This document shows positions 37,643 to 50,781 of a stretch of 64,000 nt of DNA, piece after piece. The stretch lies in contig MCFE01000004.1 of the NCBI GenBank assembly GCA_002104905.1, forward strand, positions 186,001-250,000, given 5' to 3'. Each line of letters opens with the position of its first letter. Positions within the stretch are counted from its first letter, which is position 1. The notes under the pieces were generated by a model. That model was given only the letters and a program-made list of their open reading frames with translations, had not been told where the DNA came from and searched no databases. Position numbers and translations under genes: made by a program. This stretch comes from Basidiobolus meristosporus CBS 931.73. Taxonomy: Eukaryota; Fungi; Basidiobolomycota.

Positions 37643-39122
37643 CTAAGATGATGCAGCAGCAGAATACCAGCGGACCGATTTGTCTTCAGAGGCCGAGACA
37701 ATTTTGTTACCTTCCTCATTCCATGCAACACCCCATACTTGATCAGTATGATGCTCCATTGTGTCAACACATTGTCTAGCACCTAGATCCCAAATTTTCA
37801 CTTTCTTATCACTAGACCTGAAATTCGAAATAAACTTTAGGCGAGTTGATCGGATCAAGACTTCAAATATAATGTACCCTGAGACTATATGAACCCCATC
37901 AGTGCTGGCAGCAACGCTCAGAACCCAAGAGGCATGGCCGGACAACGAAGCAAAGATATTGCCATGTCGGCTTCACAAAGAGTTAAGGATTGCTGGCTTT
38001 AAGGTCAACAATAAGGCATTCTGGATTACTTAAAGGATACACATCATATATATTGATTCTCTTGTCGTCAGAACCGGAGACCAACATGGAGGAATCCTGG
38101 GTAAATGCAATTGAACGTACTGTCATCGCATGTCCTGAGCACGGTGTATTAGTTGTAAACCAAGTGACCACGAAACTGAATATATATTACCAGCCAACGA
38201 ATGAAGTAGTTTTCCTGTTTCAACATCGAAAACATGAATGCTTCCATTTTCAGACCCACATGCAACATACTCTCCACTAGGACTCTAGTTTCGAGTTAAG
38301 GATACCAGGCAGAATACAAAAAACAAGTGGGATTAAACAATGCTCGAAAAAAGATACATATGCCACGCACATCGCAAATTTCCCGCGTGTTTCCAAAGTG
38401 GCTACTTTCTCCTCGGAATCGACAGACCAGATATTAATGTTGCCGGCGTGGCTGCCAGCAGCAATCTGTTTTCCAGAAGGCGAGAATTTTGCCGACCAAG
38501 CCTCGACTAATACGATCGAAGCATCAGATTCCGTTTAGTCGTTCAAACGTAGTCTTCAAAACTAACCAGGTCCGGCATTGATGCTCTTAAACAAGTTTCC
38601 GTTGTCTAGATCCCAAAGCTTGATTTGATTGTCCAGAGAGGTAGATACCGCATCTAAGCGAATAATCAGTCACTACGTTCGTTGTATGAACGTGAACTCC
38701 ATAACTTACATTGACCAGTTGAGTCAATGTCCACTGATACGACACCAAGGAGATGGCCCGAGAAAGCATGAGTCAGCTCGCCCGTATTTCCGTCCCTATG
38801 ATTTTGGAAATGTAGTTAGGTTACAAACAATCCTTCAAATCAATAACGATTGATCAAATATCCTTCTACCAGCATTTCACGGTATTATCCACAGAACCTG
38901 TCACGATGCGATTTGTACCTTTCCCCCAAGCCACAGACCAGATCCCATCTTCATGAGCTATGGAATTAGAGTATCAATATTGCCATTGCAAAACAAGCTA
39001 GCTACACTGGGATTTACCATCGTCCTTAGCAAGTGTACATGAATAAAGTATAGCCTTCACGAGATAGGGTTATTTCGAGATTCTTGTTGGAGTTCGAAGG
39101 ATCAAGCATAAATGCTTACCAT
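37643..39122 (-). CDS. SKI8: WD40 protein Ski8/WDR61, multi-exon
   Basis: [46 protein letters not shown]...[32 protein letters not shown] match the WDR61 blade sequences. Confidence 0.9.
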
Positions 39123-39727
39123 TGCAGGTCAGTCAAGTATGTTTAGATAAACACTGGCTAGAGCGGTTCGAGAATTGTGCTTAAACCAATATTTCGGTGA
39201 AGCCGCGCATATACGCACATATACGCATATATAGAAATGCCTATTCTTACCAATGAAATGATTGTACCGATAAGCGTATGAAAATTATCGGACAGTCGGG
39301 ATCAACAAAAAATTTCCATCAAAATCAACAGTCGTAAATGTGACATAGGGGGTTGGATTCATACATGATGAAATGTAAATCTTCTCATTGAATAGCTAGA
39401 CTGTGGTTGTGCGCGAAGAGCGTTCCATCCCTCTCATGCGTATGCGTAATGTGAACCCGAAGCCAATCAAGTAGTATGGTGGATTCTGAAAATGGTTGGA
39501 ACAAGTTGACCATGTTGATTGGTGAATTTACCATTAAATAATGAAGGAGATTCACAAGTAAATATTTCTATGTATCTGTACAGTGATATACTGATTACCT
39601 ACCCCCTCCCCAATTTACAATGTCACATACCCATTAATGCCTCGGTTCGTAAGCGCAAATAAACGTCACTAGATAAGTACAGGTAGTTTCCCACTTGCCT
39701 CTTTACCATCCAACTCAATTCCAAAGT

Positions 39728-41086
39728 ATGAGAGAAATCCTTCAACTTCAAGCTGGTCAATGTGGTAACCAAATTGGTTACAAATTCTGGGAGACCATCT
39801 CTTCTGAGCACGGTATCGATGGCTCCGGTACTTACAACGGGGATACTGATGCCCAACTTGAAAGAATCAATGTGTACTACAACGAGGCCGCCGCAGGAAA
39901 GTATGTGCCTCGTGCGGTGTTGGTCGACTTGGAGCCTGGTACTATGGACAACATCCGCGCCTCTCCTCTAGGTCAGCTTTTCCGCCCCGACAATATGGTC
40001 TTCGGACAAAGTGGTGCTGGCAATAACTGGGCCAAGGGTCACTATACTGAAGGAGCCGAGTTGGTGGACTCCGTTCTCGATGTTGTTCGCAAAGAGGCTG
40101 AGAACTGTGACTGCCTTCAAGGTTTCCAAATCACCCACTCGCTTGGTGGAGGAACTGGCTCTGGGTTAGGAACGCTTCTTATTTCTAAGATTCGGGAGGA
40201 ATATCCTGATCGAATGATGTGCACTTTCTCAGTTGTCCCCTCTCCCAAGGTCTCGGATACAGTTGTTGAGCCATACAATGCCACACTATCCGTTCACCAA
40301 CTGGTTGAAAACTCCGACATGACTTTCTGTATTGATAATGAGGCATTGTACGATATCTGCTTCCGTACATTGAAGTTATCCAACCCATCATACGGTGACC
40401 TGAATCACCTTGTATCTTCTGTCATGAGCGGTACCACCACCTCACTCCGCTTCCCTGGCCAGTTGAACTCTGACTTGAGAAAGACTGCCGTGAACATGGT
40501 TCCTTTCCCTCGCCTCCATTTCTTCATGGTCGGATTTGCCCCCTTGACCTCCCGTGGCTCCCAGGATTTCCGTGCATTGTCGGTTGCTGAGCTTTCTCAA
40601 CAAATGTTTGACTCCAAGAACATGATGGCGGCCTCCGATCCCCGTCACGGCCGCTACCTTACCTGCGCTGCCATGTTCCGTGGCCGCATGTCGATGAAGG
40701 AAGTGGATGAGCAGATGGTTAATGTTCAGTTGAAGAATTCGAGCTATTTCGTTGAATGGATTCCCAACAACATCAAGACCTCTCTCTGCGATATCCCACC
40801 CACCAATCTTAAGATGGCAGTGACTTTCCTTGGAAACTCCACCGCCATTCAAGAGTTATTCAAACGTGTCAACGAGCAATTCACCGCCATGTTCCGACGC
40901 AAGGCCTTCTTGCATTGGTACACTGGAGAAGGCATGGATGAAATGGAATTCACCGAAGCCGAGTCCAACATGAACGATTTGGTTTCCGAATACCAACAAT
41001 ACCAAGATGCCACTGTTGAGGATGAACTCGAATATGAAGAGGAGGGTGCTCTGGAAGAAGAGTATGCCGCTGAAGAAGAATACTAG
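39728..41086 (+). CDS. TUB2: Beta-tubulin (intronless, divergent)
   Basis: [17 protein letters not shown]...GGGTGSG...[11 protein letters not shown]...[30 protein letters not shown]. Confidence 0.98.
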   Translation: MREILQLQAGQCGNQIGYKFWETISSEHGIDGSGTYNGDTDAQLERINVYYNEAAAGKYVPRAVLVDLEPGTMDNIRASPLGQLFRPDNMVFGQSGAGNNWAKGHYTEGAELVDSVLDVVRKEAENCDCLQGFQITHSLGGGTGSGLGTLLISKIREEYPDRMMCTFSVVPSPKVSDTVVEPYNATLSVHQLVENSDMTFCIDNEALYDICFRTLKLSNPSYGDLNHLVSSVMSGTTTSLRFPGQLNSDLRKTAVNMVPFPRLHFFMVGFAPLTSRGSQDFRALSVAELSQQMFDSKNMMAASDPRHGRYLTCAAMFRGRMSMKEVDEQMVNVQLKNSSYFVEWIPNNIKTSLCDIPPTNLKMAVTFLGNSTAIQELFKRVNEQFTAMFRRKAFLHWYTGEGMDEMEFTEAESNMNDLVSEYQQYQDATVEDELEYEEEGALEEEYAAEEEY

Positions 41087-42044
41087 CACTAGTAGCTGAA
41101 GCCAGCCCAAACGTGGGCATTTGGCAGTGAATGTTCGGTGTAGTTTTTATTCCTTGCAATATTATTTCTTTCAATAATCGGTACATGCGGAAAACAGGAT
41201 ATATTTATGTATTATCATCTTCAATGGCAGAGCACTTGGTACATTAAACACAATGAATATTCCTGAACATGTTGCTGCTACTTGATCCTGCTGTGGTGTT
41301 CAATCATGTGAGAAATGATGGTTTTCCAGGGATAATCACCATTGGAACACAGTCTCCACACATGATCATAGTTTCCCGCGATGGCCCAATCACGCGATCC
41401 AAAGTGGAATTAGGATAGTGCGCTTATCTGATCTTTACTGTGCGCGACACTAATGCGTCCAGAACAAAACGCTTCATCGACACTGTTTCTGTAACTTCGT
41501 AGTAACAATTTACGCGGTTATTGGGTGAATCCAATCCAACATCCGAAACTTACATCTATGTGATCAAAGGAGAGATGGGAACATACTGCAGTCAATATTA
41601 CGCAATGGAATTATGGGATATTATCGCAGCGCTAGGGGTGGGATTCTCTACAAACAATCGGAGTTATGACCACAGATGGTACGTCAACCTGTGGTGAGAT
41701 GGGAGGTTTGCAGTGTTCCCGTGATGCGAACGTAAAGATAGCGTTTCGATTCATTATTCTAGTAAACTGTGACCGCTGTAATGCTGGGGATTCAATGCCA
41801 TATTCCGCTTCAGCTGATTGGGCTATGGCCCAAAGCACCCACTGCTTTTATAAAGGATCAATGAATCACCGTCCCCTAAATCAAATCTTTCAAATCCCAA
41901 CATCACCGCCGTCAGTCTTCTCGTAGATTTCAATTTGGTTGAATTTCGCTACGCCTGCCCTTTTCCATTATATCCTCCTTCTTGTAGTTGTACAATAGTT
42001 TTAAATTCAAATTCGAAGTATTTTTAAGTCAGCCTAATTCAACC

Positions 42045-44362
42045 ATGTTGAGCCGCGCTTCCTCCGTCCGTCCCACCACCAGCGCTATTGCCAATAGAGC
42101 CACCGTGCAGACATCTCTGAGAGGAAATCCTCTTCAACTCTCTCCAAGCTTGCGCCGTTATTCTACGAATAATTGGAAAGGTAAGCAGCCTGGTTAGTCG
42201 CTACTTCTGTGTTCAGAAAATATTGACATAACCTTTACCTCCGTTCGTAAGGGAGACTCAACTTTTCCAAGAACACTGAAAACATTACCAAAGTGGGGAC
42301 AGAGGGGGTTAACCAAACGGCCCATCTAGCTCCCAAGCCGCTGCCTAAAGATCACCATACCACAGAAACACAAACCCAATCGAGGTTCTCCACCAAAATC
42401 AAGCGTGCGTTAAGTAAGTTGCAGATTTCCTAGTACTGTTTTTCTTAGCTCCAAGTGTTCAACGACGTTATCCTACGCTCCTCAGATGCTGCCAAGCTTG
42501 CTCAAGCCAAAAAACCAGCCCCAGTTGTGTATTTAGAAAAACCATATTTCCGTCACTTGCTTTCATCCTCCTCGTCTGGGTCTACCGGGAACCCCACCAG
42601 TGGAACTCCACCATTCAACTTTGCCCAACATGAAACATACTCGCAGTTTGACTCTGCGGGCTCAGGGTACGAGAATACTACTGAAAGCGGTGGATCGAGT
42701 GATCATATTTGGAGCACAATATTAACCAGTCCCAAATCGGTATGTTCTAGAACTAGTTAGTTGCATGTAGACCGGGTGTATTAAAATGTGTAATTATTTC
42801 AGATTGCCAAACACTTGGATGAATATGTAATTGGACAGGAACGGGCCAAGAAGATCCTTTCGGTGGCAGTATTCAACCACTACAATCGTGTTAAAGCCAA
42901 CACCCAACACCAAGTGCAACAAAAGCCGTATCCGGGCGCAGAAGACGAGCATCCGGGTAACGTTTTTGTCCCCCCAAGTCACATGCATTTGTCTAACTGC
43001 ATTTACCCCAGCCCGCCCTCCAGCCGCTGCCGCAAACTACTCGAGCAATAGCCAATCTTGGGTGAACCCAAGCACTAATAGCTCGGAAGCTTCGGCACCA
43101 ATTAATGACTCTCGACCCAAGTCACCTGAAGCGAAGAGTTTGCCGGTCTTTGATAAAAGTAACGTATTGCTCTTGGGTCCAACGGGTTCCGGTAAGTACA
43201 GCGTATTATCAAGCTCACACACCACTTTCTCTAATCAATCCCCATCCTTCCAGGCAAAACGTTGCTTGCACGAACTCTAGCGAAGATTCTGAAGGTTCCA
43301 TTTTCAATGTCCGACGCCACCCCATTTACACAGGCAGGCTATGTAGGAGAGGATGTTGAGTTAGTAATCCAGCGTCTATTACAGGCAAGTATTTCTAAAC
43401 GTAATCCATAGGTGAATTTGAGCTAATCTCCTGACTTCCAGAACTGTGACTTCGATGTGAAACAAGCGGAACAAGGGATCGTCTTCATTGATGAAATCGA
43501 TAAAATCGCCAAAAAAGCGGATACCATGTCCATGTCCAAAGATGTTTCAGGAGAGGGAGTTCAGCAGGCTTTGCTGCGCATGCTTGAGGGGACCGTTGTG
43601 AATGTGACCGACAAAACAGGGGCGGCTTCGTCAAGCCATAAAAACCGGTTTGGACCAGGAGGACCCGGATCGGGGGGCAAAGGCGACGTATATGCAGTAG
43701 ATACTAGTAATATCCTCTTCATCCTGAGCGGAGCTTTCATTGGACTAGACAAAATAGTGATAGATCGTGTCGCCAAAGGATCAATCGGCTTTGGAGCAGT
43801 CATTCATGGCTCAGACACCAGCGCGGCACTTCCCCCCGTATCAGGAACACCAGCTAATCACACCAAACAGCACGTTCTAGATTTGGTGGACCCGGTGGAT
43901 ATGATCAAATTTGGCCTGATTCCAGAGTTTGTTGGTAGACTCCCGGTGGTGGCAAGTGTAGCACAGCTTGACGAAGCTGCACTGGTCCGTGTCTTGACAG
44001 AACCGAGAAACTCGCTCGTCAAGCAATACGAATCGCTGTTTGATCTGAACAAGGTGAACCTGAAGTTTTCCAACTCCGCCTTGCGCGAGATCGCCAAACA
44101 AGCCATTGAAAAGCAAACTGGCGCCCGAGGACTGCGACGAATCATGGAAAACCTATTACTGGACCCCATGTACGATGCGCCCAACTCATCCATCAAATAT
44201 GTCCTGGTCGATAGCGACTCTGTGCTTCAGAAGCGGAATCCGCTCTACTTCTCCCGCGGCCAGGAAAGCGACATGGAGAGAGCGCTCGAGGAAGACGACA
44301 ACACATTTACCTTGAACTTGGCTACGAAGGAAGAAGGGAAGCAAGGGATTGCATTCTCCTAA
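42045..44362 (+). CDS. CLPX: Mitochondrial ClpX AAA+ chaperone (Mcx1/CLPX), multi-exon
   Basis: Presequence [10 protein letters not shown]; [23 protein letters not shown]; Walker [17 protein letters not shown]; [11 protein letters not shown]; [11 protein letters not shown]; [10 protein letters not shown]-like [13 protein letters not shown]; TGARGLR. Confidence 0.95.
43385..43441 (+). other. Non-canonical GC-AG intron in CLPX
   Basis: CAG|GCAAGT donor and cttccag acceptor. Only this junction gives in-frame RLLQ|[12 protein letters not shown]; read-through hits TAG. Confidence 0.8.
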
Positions 44363-45079
44363 CTCTTCCACCCTAGTTTTAATATACTCGTTCATATTTC
44401 AGTAAATAGCTATTCAAGGTGTGTACTTCGCCGCACCTATAAATCGACTGTTTCTACTTGGTTTTGTTGTATAATAAAAATCCGTTTATGATGTGTCCCA
44501 GTAGCCATTACGGAATCCACACTCTTTGCGTTTTGAGCAGCCATTAACGATCTACATCGATGATATTATTTCTATAATTACTCATATTTGTAATCGTCCA
44601 CCAGTGAAATTGAGTCGAAAATAGAACAATTACCCGTTGAATCCGTTGAATCCGTTAAATTCCTCAGGCATTACGACCTCATCATTCGAAGCTCCATTAC
44701 GAAGCATCCCCCACCAATCGGAGCCCGGGTTTCTTGGAATTAAGCATTCTCTACTTGGCCAATTATTGTGGTTTCTGGAACAATCTCCCAACGCTCGGTG
44801 CCAACAGGCCAACTCATAGGGGGGATTCCCCATGGATGCACCCTACCTCTTGACCTATCCGCGTTATGCCAATCCCAGGTTGAATTAGTAATATCATATG
44901 TTGATGATATATCTACTGAACATTGTTTCGATCAGTCAGATTTCCACCGAAATTTCCCAGAGATCTATAAATTCTCCTCTTGTGGTTTTATCTCCAGCTA
45001 GTGGTGTCTATTTAATTTAGCTTCTTCTCTGCAATTAGCCGAGTTCTCTTCTTTATCTTAATACGTATTCTACCTCACT

Positions 45080-46048
45080 ATGACTTTTGACTCTGTTGAA
45101 GATTCGGGTTCCTCTGTCATGTCGACCCCCACCCTGCCCACACCTCCTGAATTCTCCGGAGAGCCTTTCTCCGCACTCTACCTATCCAAGGAATTCCCTC
45201 TGGCCACGTTCTCCACCGGTGCCAAAGCCCTCGAATCGAACAAGCCCCTCAGGGTCGAATGCCAGGCCAGAACTCGTATACCTACACCTTACGGGGAATT
45301 CTTCTTGCACCTGTACAAAAACAACCACGACTCCAAGGAGCATTTGGCCATAGTGTTCGGAGATGACATTAGAAGCACCACTTTAGACGCTGTCCAAGAA
45401 GGAGAAACGGAAATGGACCGGATCATTCGTGGAGCATACCAAGGCCGCTTGAATCCAAACAAAACCAATAACAGCTCCAAAGTATCAACCTCCTCCCCTC
45501 TGCCACCGCTTGTTCGGATCCATTCTGAATGCTTCACTGGTGAAACCGTTCATTCCGTTCGTTGCGATTGTGGAGACCAGCTGGCTGAGGCCATGCGCCT
45601 TATGCACGCCGAGGGCCGAGGTGTTGTTGTCTATCTTCGTCAAGAAGGGCGTGGCATCGGTTTGCTCGAGAAAATCAAGGCATACAACCTTCAGGACCTG
45701 GGATACGACACCGTCTCCGCCAACGTGGCCCTTTCCCATCCACCGGACCTTCGCACATATGATGTTGCTTGCGAGATCCTAAAGGACTTGAACTTGCCCA
45801 CCATCCGATTGTTGACCAACAACCCGGATAAAATCGAGCAACTTGAGAAGGGTGGGCTGAAGGTAACCGAAAGAGTACCCATGATACCCAAGGAATGGAC
45901 TGTGGAGCATGAGGTCCAAACAACGCACAAACGTAAAAGTGAGGAAAGCTACACCGAAGTAGACTCGTACCTCAAAACCAAAGTCGAGCGTATGAGGCAC
46001 TTGATTGACATTCCAACCCTTGCCTCGGCCGTCCCTGATACTTTATGA
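45080..46048 (+). CDS. RIB1: GTP cyclohydrolase II (riboflavin biosynthesis)
   Basis: [73 protein letters not shown]. Confidence 0.97.
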   Translation: MTFDSVEDSGSSVMSTPTLPTPPEFSGEPFSALYLSKEFPLATFSTGAKALESNKPLRVECQARTRIPTPYGEFFLHLYKNNHDSKEHLAIVFGDDIRSTTLDAVQEGETEMDRIIRGAYQGRLNPNKTNNSSKVSTSSPLPPLVRIHSECFTGETVHSVRCDCGDQLAEAMRLMHAEGRGVVVYLRQEGRGIGLLEKIKAYNLQDLGYDTVSANVALSHPPDLRTYDVACEILKDLNLPTIRLLTNNPDKIEQLEKGGLKVTERVPMIPKEWTVEHEVQTTHKRKSEESYTEVDSYLKTKVERMRHLIDIPTLASAVPDTL

Positions 46049-46440
46049 AGAGAGATCAACCCACCCCCTCCCGTTGGTACACACCTATTGCAACCTTGCT
46101 GTGAGTTGAGCACCTGATGCTATAGACCGGCTCGCAGTAAAAACCAGCATACTTCATCACATACTGCCCCACAAGCACTTTCCGGACTTGATGTAACCAT
46201 TTTCATTGATTTGAAATGTAGACGTTATTTGTATTATTGTAATTCTATTCATATTAGCCCATTAAACCATATTCAAGCATACGGAGATAATCCCTACGAT
46301 TGATTTATTCATCTGACGATGGTGACGGTGTTCATGGGTGGAGAGTGGAGGGTGGTATGATTGTAAAGGAGGAAAATGCCAAGAGTGTACAGAATAATGA
46401 TGGTTGATTGATATTCCCAGTTCAAACAAACCCGCAAGAT

Positions 46441-46904
46441 TTATTTCACCTTGGGCTCTAGGAAATCCTTCGCTTCGTTGATTTTACTAGCAAGGTACGG
46501 CGAGCCGCCTCTATCTGGATGGTTGAGCAGCATGATTCGACGGTGGGCGTCCTTGAGCTTGGTTTTGTTCAACCCAGCCTCACTAGAAGTGGAGAAGCTT
46601 AAGCACGCAGACCTTTGGGAGGCAACGAAGGAAAATTTCTTACCGAAGGCCAAGGATAAGAGTAGCCTCGCGGCGGTTCATCTTGGGATCGAAGCCACCC
46701 TTGTAGTAACGGGAGGGAGCGGTGAATTTGGGTAAAGTGATGGTAGGGATTTTGATGGCGCCCGACTCGTAAGCTCTAAGCGCGACACGAGCGGTTGTGG
46801 CGGCGGCAGCAACACCAAGCCCAACAAAGAAAGGAGTGGCCTGTCAGGGGAAAGGTCAGAAGAAACGTCTACAGACGGTCGAAACGTGGATCTTCACTCA
46901 CCAT
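46441..46904 (-). CDS. PAM18: Mitochondrial import motor J-protein Pam18/Tim14, 3 exons
   Basis: [22 protein letters not shown]...[35 protein letters not shown]; ATG|gtgagt first exon at 46904. Confidence 0.96.
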
Positions 46905-47228
46905 ACTGTTAAACTGGGACGGGAAGCAACAGAGTTAAAATTCTCACTCTCCGGCGGTTAGTAATAAATAATTTTCTAGGGCCAGTAAAATCACCAGTAA
47001 TATCGCCCATAGATTGAGATGTTCCCATTCATTCCGCGCTTGACATCCTCCAGGATGGCGAAGCAGACTGCATCGGCCGCAGCTGGGATCGCAGCTGGGA
47101 TAGATTATCCAACCCCATAGGAACCAATGGGGGCCAATCCAATTGGCCGCACCCAAACCTGAAGATTGCTTGGTTGTTGGCATAGTTTGAGCAGGAACCT
47201 TGACCATGAAAAAAAGGGATGGAGGAGA

Positions 47229-47270
47229 GAAAAAATTTCGAACCGAAGAGGAAAAGAAAAAAAAATTTTT
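47229..47270 (+). promoter_or_regulatory. Two RRPE-like A/T tracts upstream of RLP24
   Basis: GAAAAAATTTCG (47229-47240) and GAAAAAAAAATTTTT (47256-47270) upstream of a ribosome-biogenesis gene. Confidence 0.4.
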
Positions 47271-47452
47271 GAACCCACAAAAGTGAAGGTTATGTCACAA
47301 CGTTCGTACTTTGCTTTAGCGTTGCTGCAAAGACGAAGTTGCTCTATCGTGAACACTAGTTTTTTTCCTATTTTATTATTATACAGTTAGTTTTATAATA
47401 CCACCTTGAAGGAGATTTTCGCCCTCTTCCCTGTAAGATTTAAAGTACTAGT

Positions 47453-48004
47453 ATGCGTTTAGAAAAGTGTTACTTCTGTTCCTCCACTTGCTATCCCGGT
47501 CACGGATGCATGTTCGTCCGTAACGACAGTAAGGTATATATCTATCGAGTGTGCTTGATCTCCCCGCTGCAAACCCCCCATTTACGCGGTTTTCCAACGT
47601 TTTAGACCTTCCGTTTCTGTCGTTCCAAGTGCCACAAGAACTTCAAAATGAAGAGAAACCCCAGAAAGGTCCGCTGGACCAAGGCCTTCCGTAAGTCGGC
47701 CGGCAAAGAAATGACCATCGACTCTACCTTCGAATTCGAGAAGCGTCGTAACGTACCAGTCAAATATGATCGTGATTTGATGGCCACCACCATCAAGGCC
47801 ATGAAGCGAGTCCAAGAGATTCGCGCCCGTCGTGAGCGTTCCTTCTACAAGAGCCGTATGTCTGGAAACAAGGAGAGAGAGAAGGCCGAGAACATCAAAG
47901 AAATCCAGCGCAACATCCATTTGGTTTCTTCACCTGCTCTCAAGAACAAGCTCCAGGTGGACAAGATTCTCGAGAGCAGCAAACAGATGGACATGGACGC
48001 TTAA
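47453..48004 (+). CDS. RLP24: Ribosome biogenesis protein Rlp24, 2 exons
   Basis: [27 protein letters not shown]|[56 protein letters not shown]. Confidence 0.96.
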
Positions 48005-48378
48005 GCTATCTGTTACTATTTATCGAATTAATGATCATCCTACTATGCCACACCATTCCCTCGCCTTTGTGTCGCTGCTCTCAAACCGCCTCTTCATTCA
48101 CCAATGCTTCTCTACTTTATCGGGGATTATATATTATATATTCCTTTATTTCTTTAGATTGTACTCTTTACACTCATCGTTTTGTGCATAAAATATCCTG
48201 AAGTCAACCTAGAATGGAGAAAGCAGGGAATATCGTAGCCACATGTCAGTGTGTGTTTTTATAGAGCAATCTACTACATCGAAGGTGCATGCCATAGTAA
48301 ATGAAAGTGAAGAAAGATTGTAGAGCAAGTGGTGGGTCATGTGATCAGAAAAGACAAGTGTGTGGTGGAAGGAATTGA

Positions 48379-50158
48379 TTAGTGTTGGGACCATTCAATG
48401 GATTTGATGTCGATTCCTTCTTGAACCATTTCCCAAAGAGGACTCATATCGCGCAATTTGTGAACGTGGTTCTTTACACGATCGACGACGTAGTCCACTT
48501 CGGCTTCGGTGGTAAAGCGACCAATACCAAATCGAATACTGCTGTGTGCCATGTCATCTTCCGCACCTAGGGCACGCAATACGTAAGATGGCTCCAGGGA
48601 GGCCGAGGTACAAGCACTTCCGGAAGAGAGGGCAATCTCCTTCAAGGCCATGAGCAGAGATTCACCTTCAACATAGGCGAAAGAAAGGTTGACGCATCCG
48701 GGGTAGTTGTGTTCGGGGTCTCCATTTCTGACAACGTGCGATACGCTAGAAGTGATTCCGTTGATCAATCTATCGGAAAGCATCTTGATTCTCTTGGAGT
48801 CATACTGAATGGAAAATGTTCAGTAAACATGAGCTTGATCAGATTCAAAAGATATTCTCAGAACCCCTGCACAACTGTCATAGCATGCAGATGCACATCT
48901 CGCTAGAGACGGCTAGCATTCTGTATGCTCAGCTATGTTATACTTCTTGAAGAAGATTCATCACAGAATATCGTGTCGTAAAAGGGACAAACACACTTAC
49001 AGCCATATCCTCCTGTGCAATACGGCAAGCTTCGCCTAAACCAACAACCAGTGGTGTGGGGACAGTACCACTTCTGAGCCCTCTCTCTTGACCACCACCA
49101 GATTGGATGGGCTCCAGTCTAACTCTGGGTCTTCTGCGAACATACAGGGCACCGATGCCCTTGGGGCCATAGACCTTGTGTCCCGAGATGGACATCAAAT
49201 CGATCTTCATGTCATTGACGTTAAGTGGGATCTTTCCCACAGCTTGAGCAGCATCGGTGTGGAAGAAAATCTTTCTTTCACGGCAGATATTTCCAATCTC
49301 AGCAACTGGTTGGATGACGCCGATTTCGTTGTTGACAGTCATGACGGAGACGATGGAGGTGTCGGGTCTGATGGCAGCCTTCAATTCCTCAAGGTCAACG
49401 ATGCCGTTGCTTTGGACAGGCAAGTATGTGACATCAAATCCTTCCGACTGAAGGACACGGCAGGAGTCAAGAACGCATTTGTGTTCCTAAACAGAATTGA
49501 TGTTGGTAACGACGAACATGGTCCATTTCAAGAAGGTTACATACGGTCTGTGTAGTGATGATGTGGTTCTTCTTTCCTTTATAAAATCTAGCGACACCCT
49601 TGATGCTGATGTTGTTGGATTCGGTAGCTCCAGAGGTGAAGATGATTTCTTTGGGGTCCGCGCCGATAATGTCTGCGACTTGCTGTTGAATATCGATAAA
49701 GTTAAATAGGCATCATACCGGAAGAGCAGTTAAAGGTAATAATCACCTTTCTGGCTACTTCGACAGCATCCTCAGATTCCCAGCCATACTTGTGTGTTCT
49801 GGAGTGAGGATTACCGTATTGAGCAGTCAAATAGGGGAGCATGGCATCAAGCACACGAGGATCAGTTGGGCTGGTGGCTTGCATGTCCAAATAGATAGGA
49901 CGGCTGGAGGAACTGCTAAGCACCTTTTCTTTGAAGCTCTCGGGAACTACACAAGACGGTTATTCAAGGCGAATTTTACCTTGAGCCGACCATAAACATA
50001 CCTGGGGTGATATCCGGAGTATTTTCAGCCACATGTGCAGGTTGAGTGCTGGATACAAAGAGTCTCTTGGACAGAACAGCCGGTGTAGCCACACGGGCAT
50101 TCAGGCATGTTCGTCTCAAGGTATAAGCCAAAGTGTTACGGGGGAATTGTCTCAACAT
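48379..50158 (-). CDS. NFS1: Mitochondrial cysteine desulfurase, multi-exon
   Basis: [82 protein letters not shown]. Confidence 0.97.
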
Positions 50159-50781
50159 ATCCGATCCTTCGACTTTCTTGGGTTAGAAGGTCAAGTGGGA
50201 GAAACAGTGAGGTATCTCAAGGGAATAACAGTAAAAAATGATTGAATTGGCGATGAAAAAGTGAAATTTGCTTGTGTAATCGATATCACTCATAATTACA
50301 AATATATATAATATCAGAATAGGATTTCCATATGAAACTGGAGATAATCTCTACTGCGGTTTTGGGGTGAGGTCATTCATTTTCTGGCTAGTTTAATGCC
50401 ACAAGGGCCGCAACTATCTACAAAGTTAATCAAACTGTTTAGAGGAGTGAAGCAGTCAAATGGTCGTTGCTTTTGTACAACCTAAGCGGAGAAATAGGCA
50501 GTGATATTATCGGGAATTCTATGATGGAGGTCTCGGGCGATCTAGAGTTCAATCTTCCCATTTCTATGGGAATGGCTTGTGTGAATACAGCGTAAGCATT
50601 GGAACAAATGCTCGTCACTGCCATATAACCGGTGCCACAGTTTATGCAACCAATCATAGCTTGGTTCTCGTTGCAAGTAAACAGGTATGTGTGAATTCGT
50701 GTTCGCCTTCCAACACAAAACCAAGCACCCGCCTTGTGCCTCACAACTCCAAGTATACCGACCACCTAAGCAACCGTTGAG

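Noticed and set aside
39695-39727. N-terminal extension of beta-tubulin in the ORF track (TTG start)
   Set aside because: The canonical MREI start is at 39728; the extension is an ORF-caller artefact.
41669-41695. ACCACAG...CTGTGGT hairpin between beta-tubulin and CLPX
   Set aside because: A 7-bp stem is expected by chance; no snoRNA, snRNA or riboswitch boxes are present.
44634-44660. Short tandem (CCGTTGAAT)x3, and similar micro-repeats near 30043 (TGTTTCGA), 32590, 39205 and 47078
   Set aside because: Ordinary short slippage repeats; no spacers, so not CRISPR-like, and no functional evidence.
50380-50660. TGCCAC words as possible PACE (Rpn4) sites upstream of RPT5
   Set aside because: They match only the core, not GGTGGCAAA; too weak to call.
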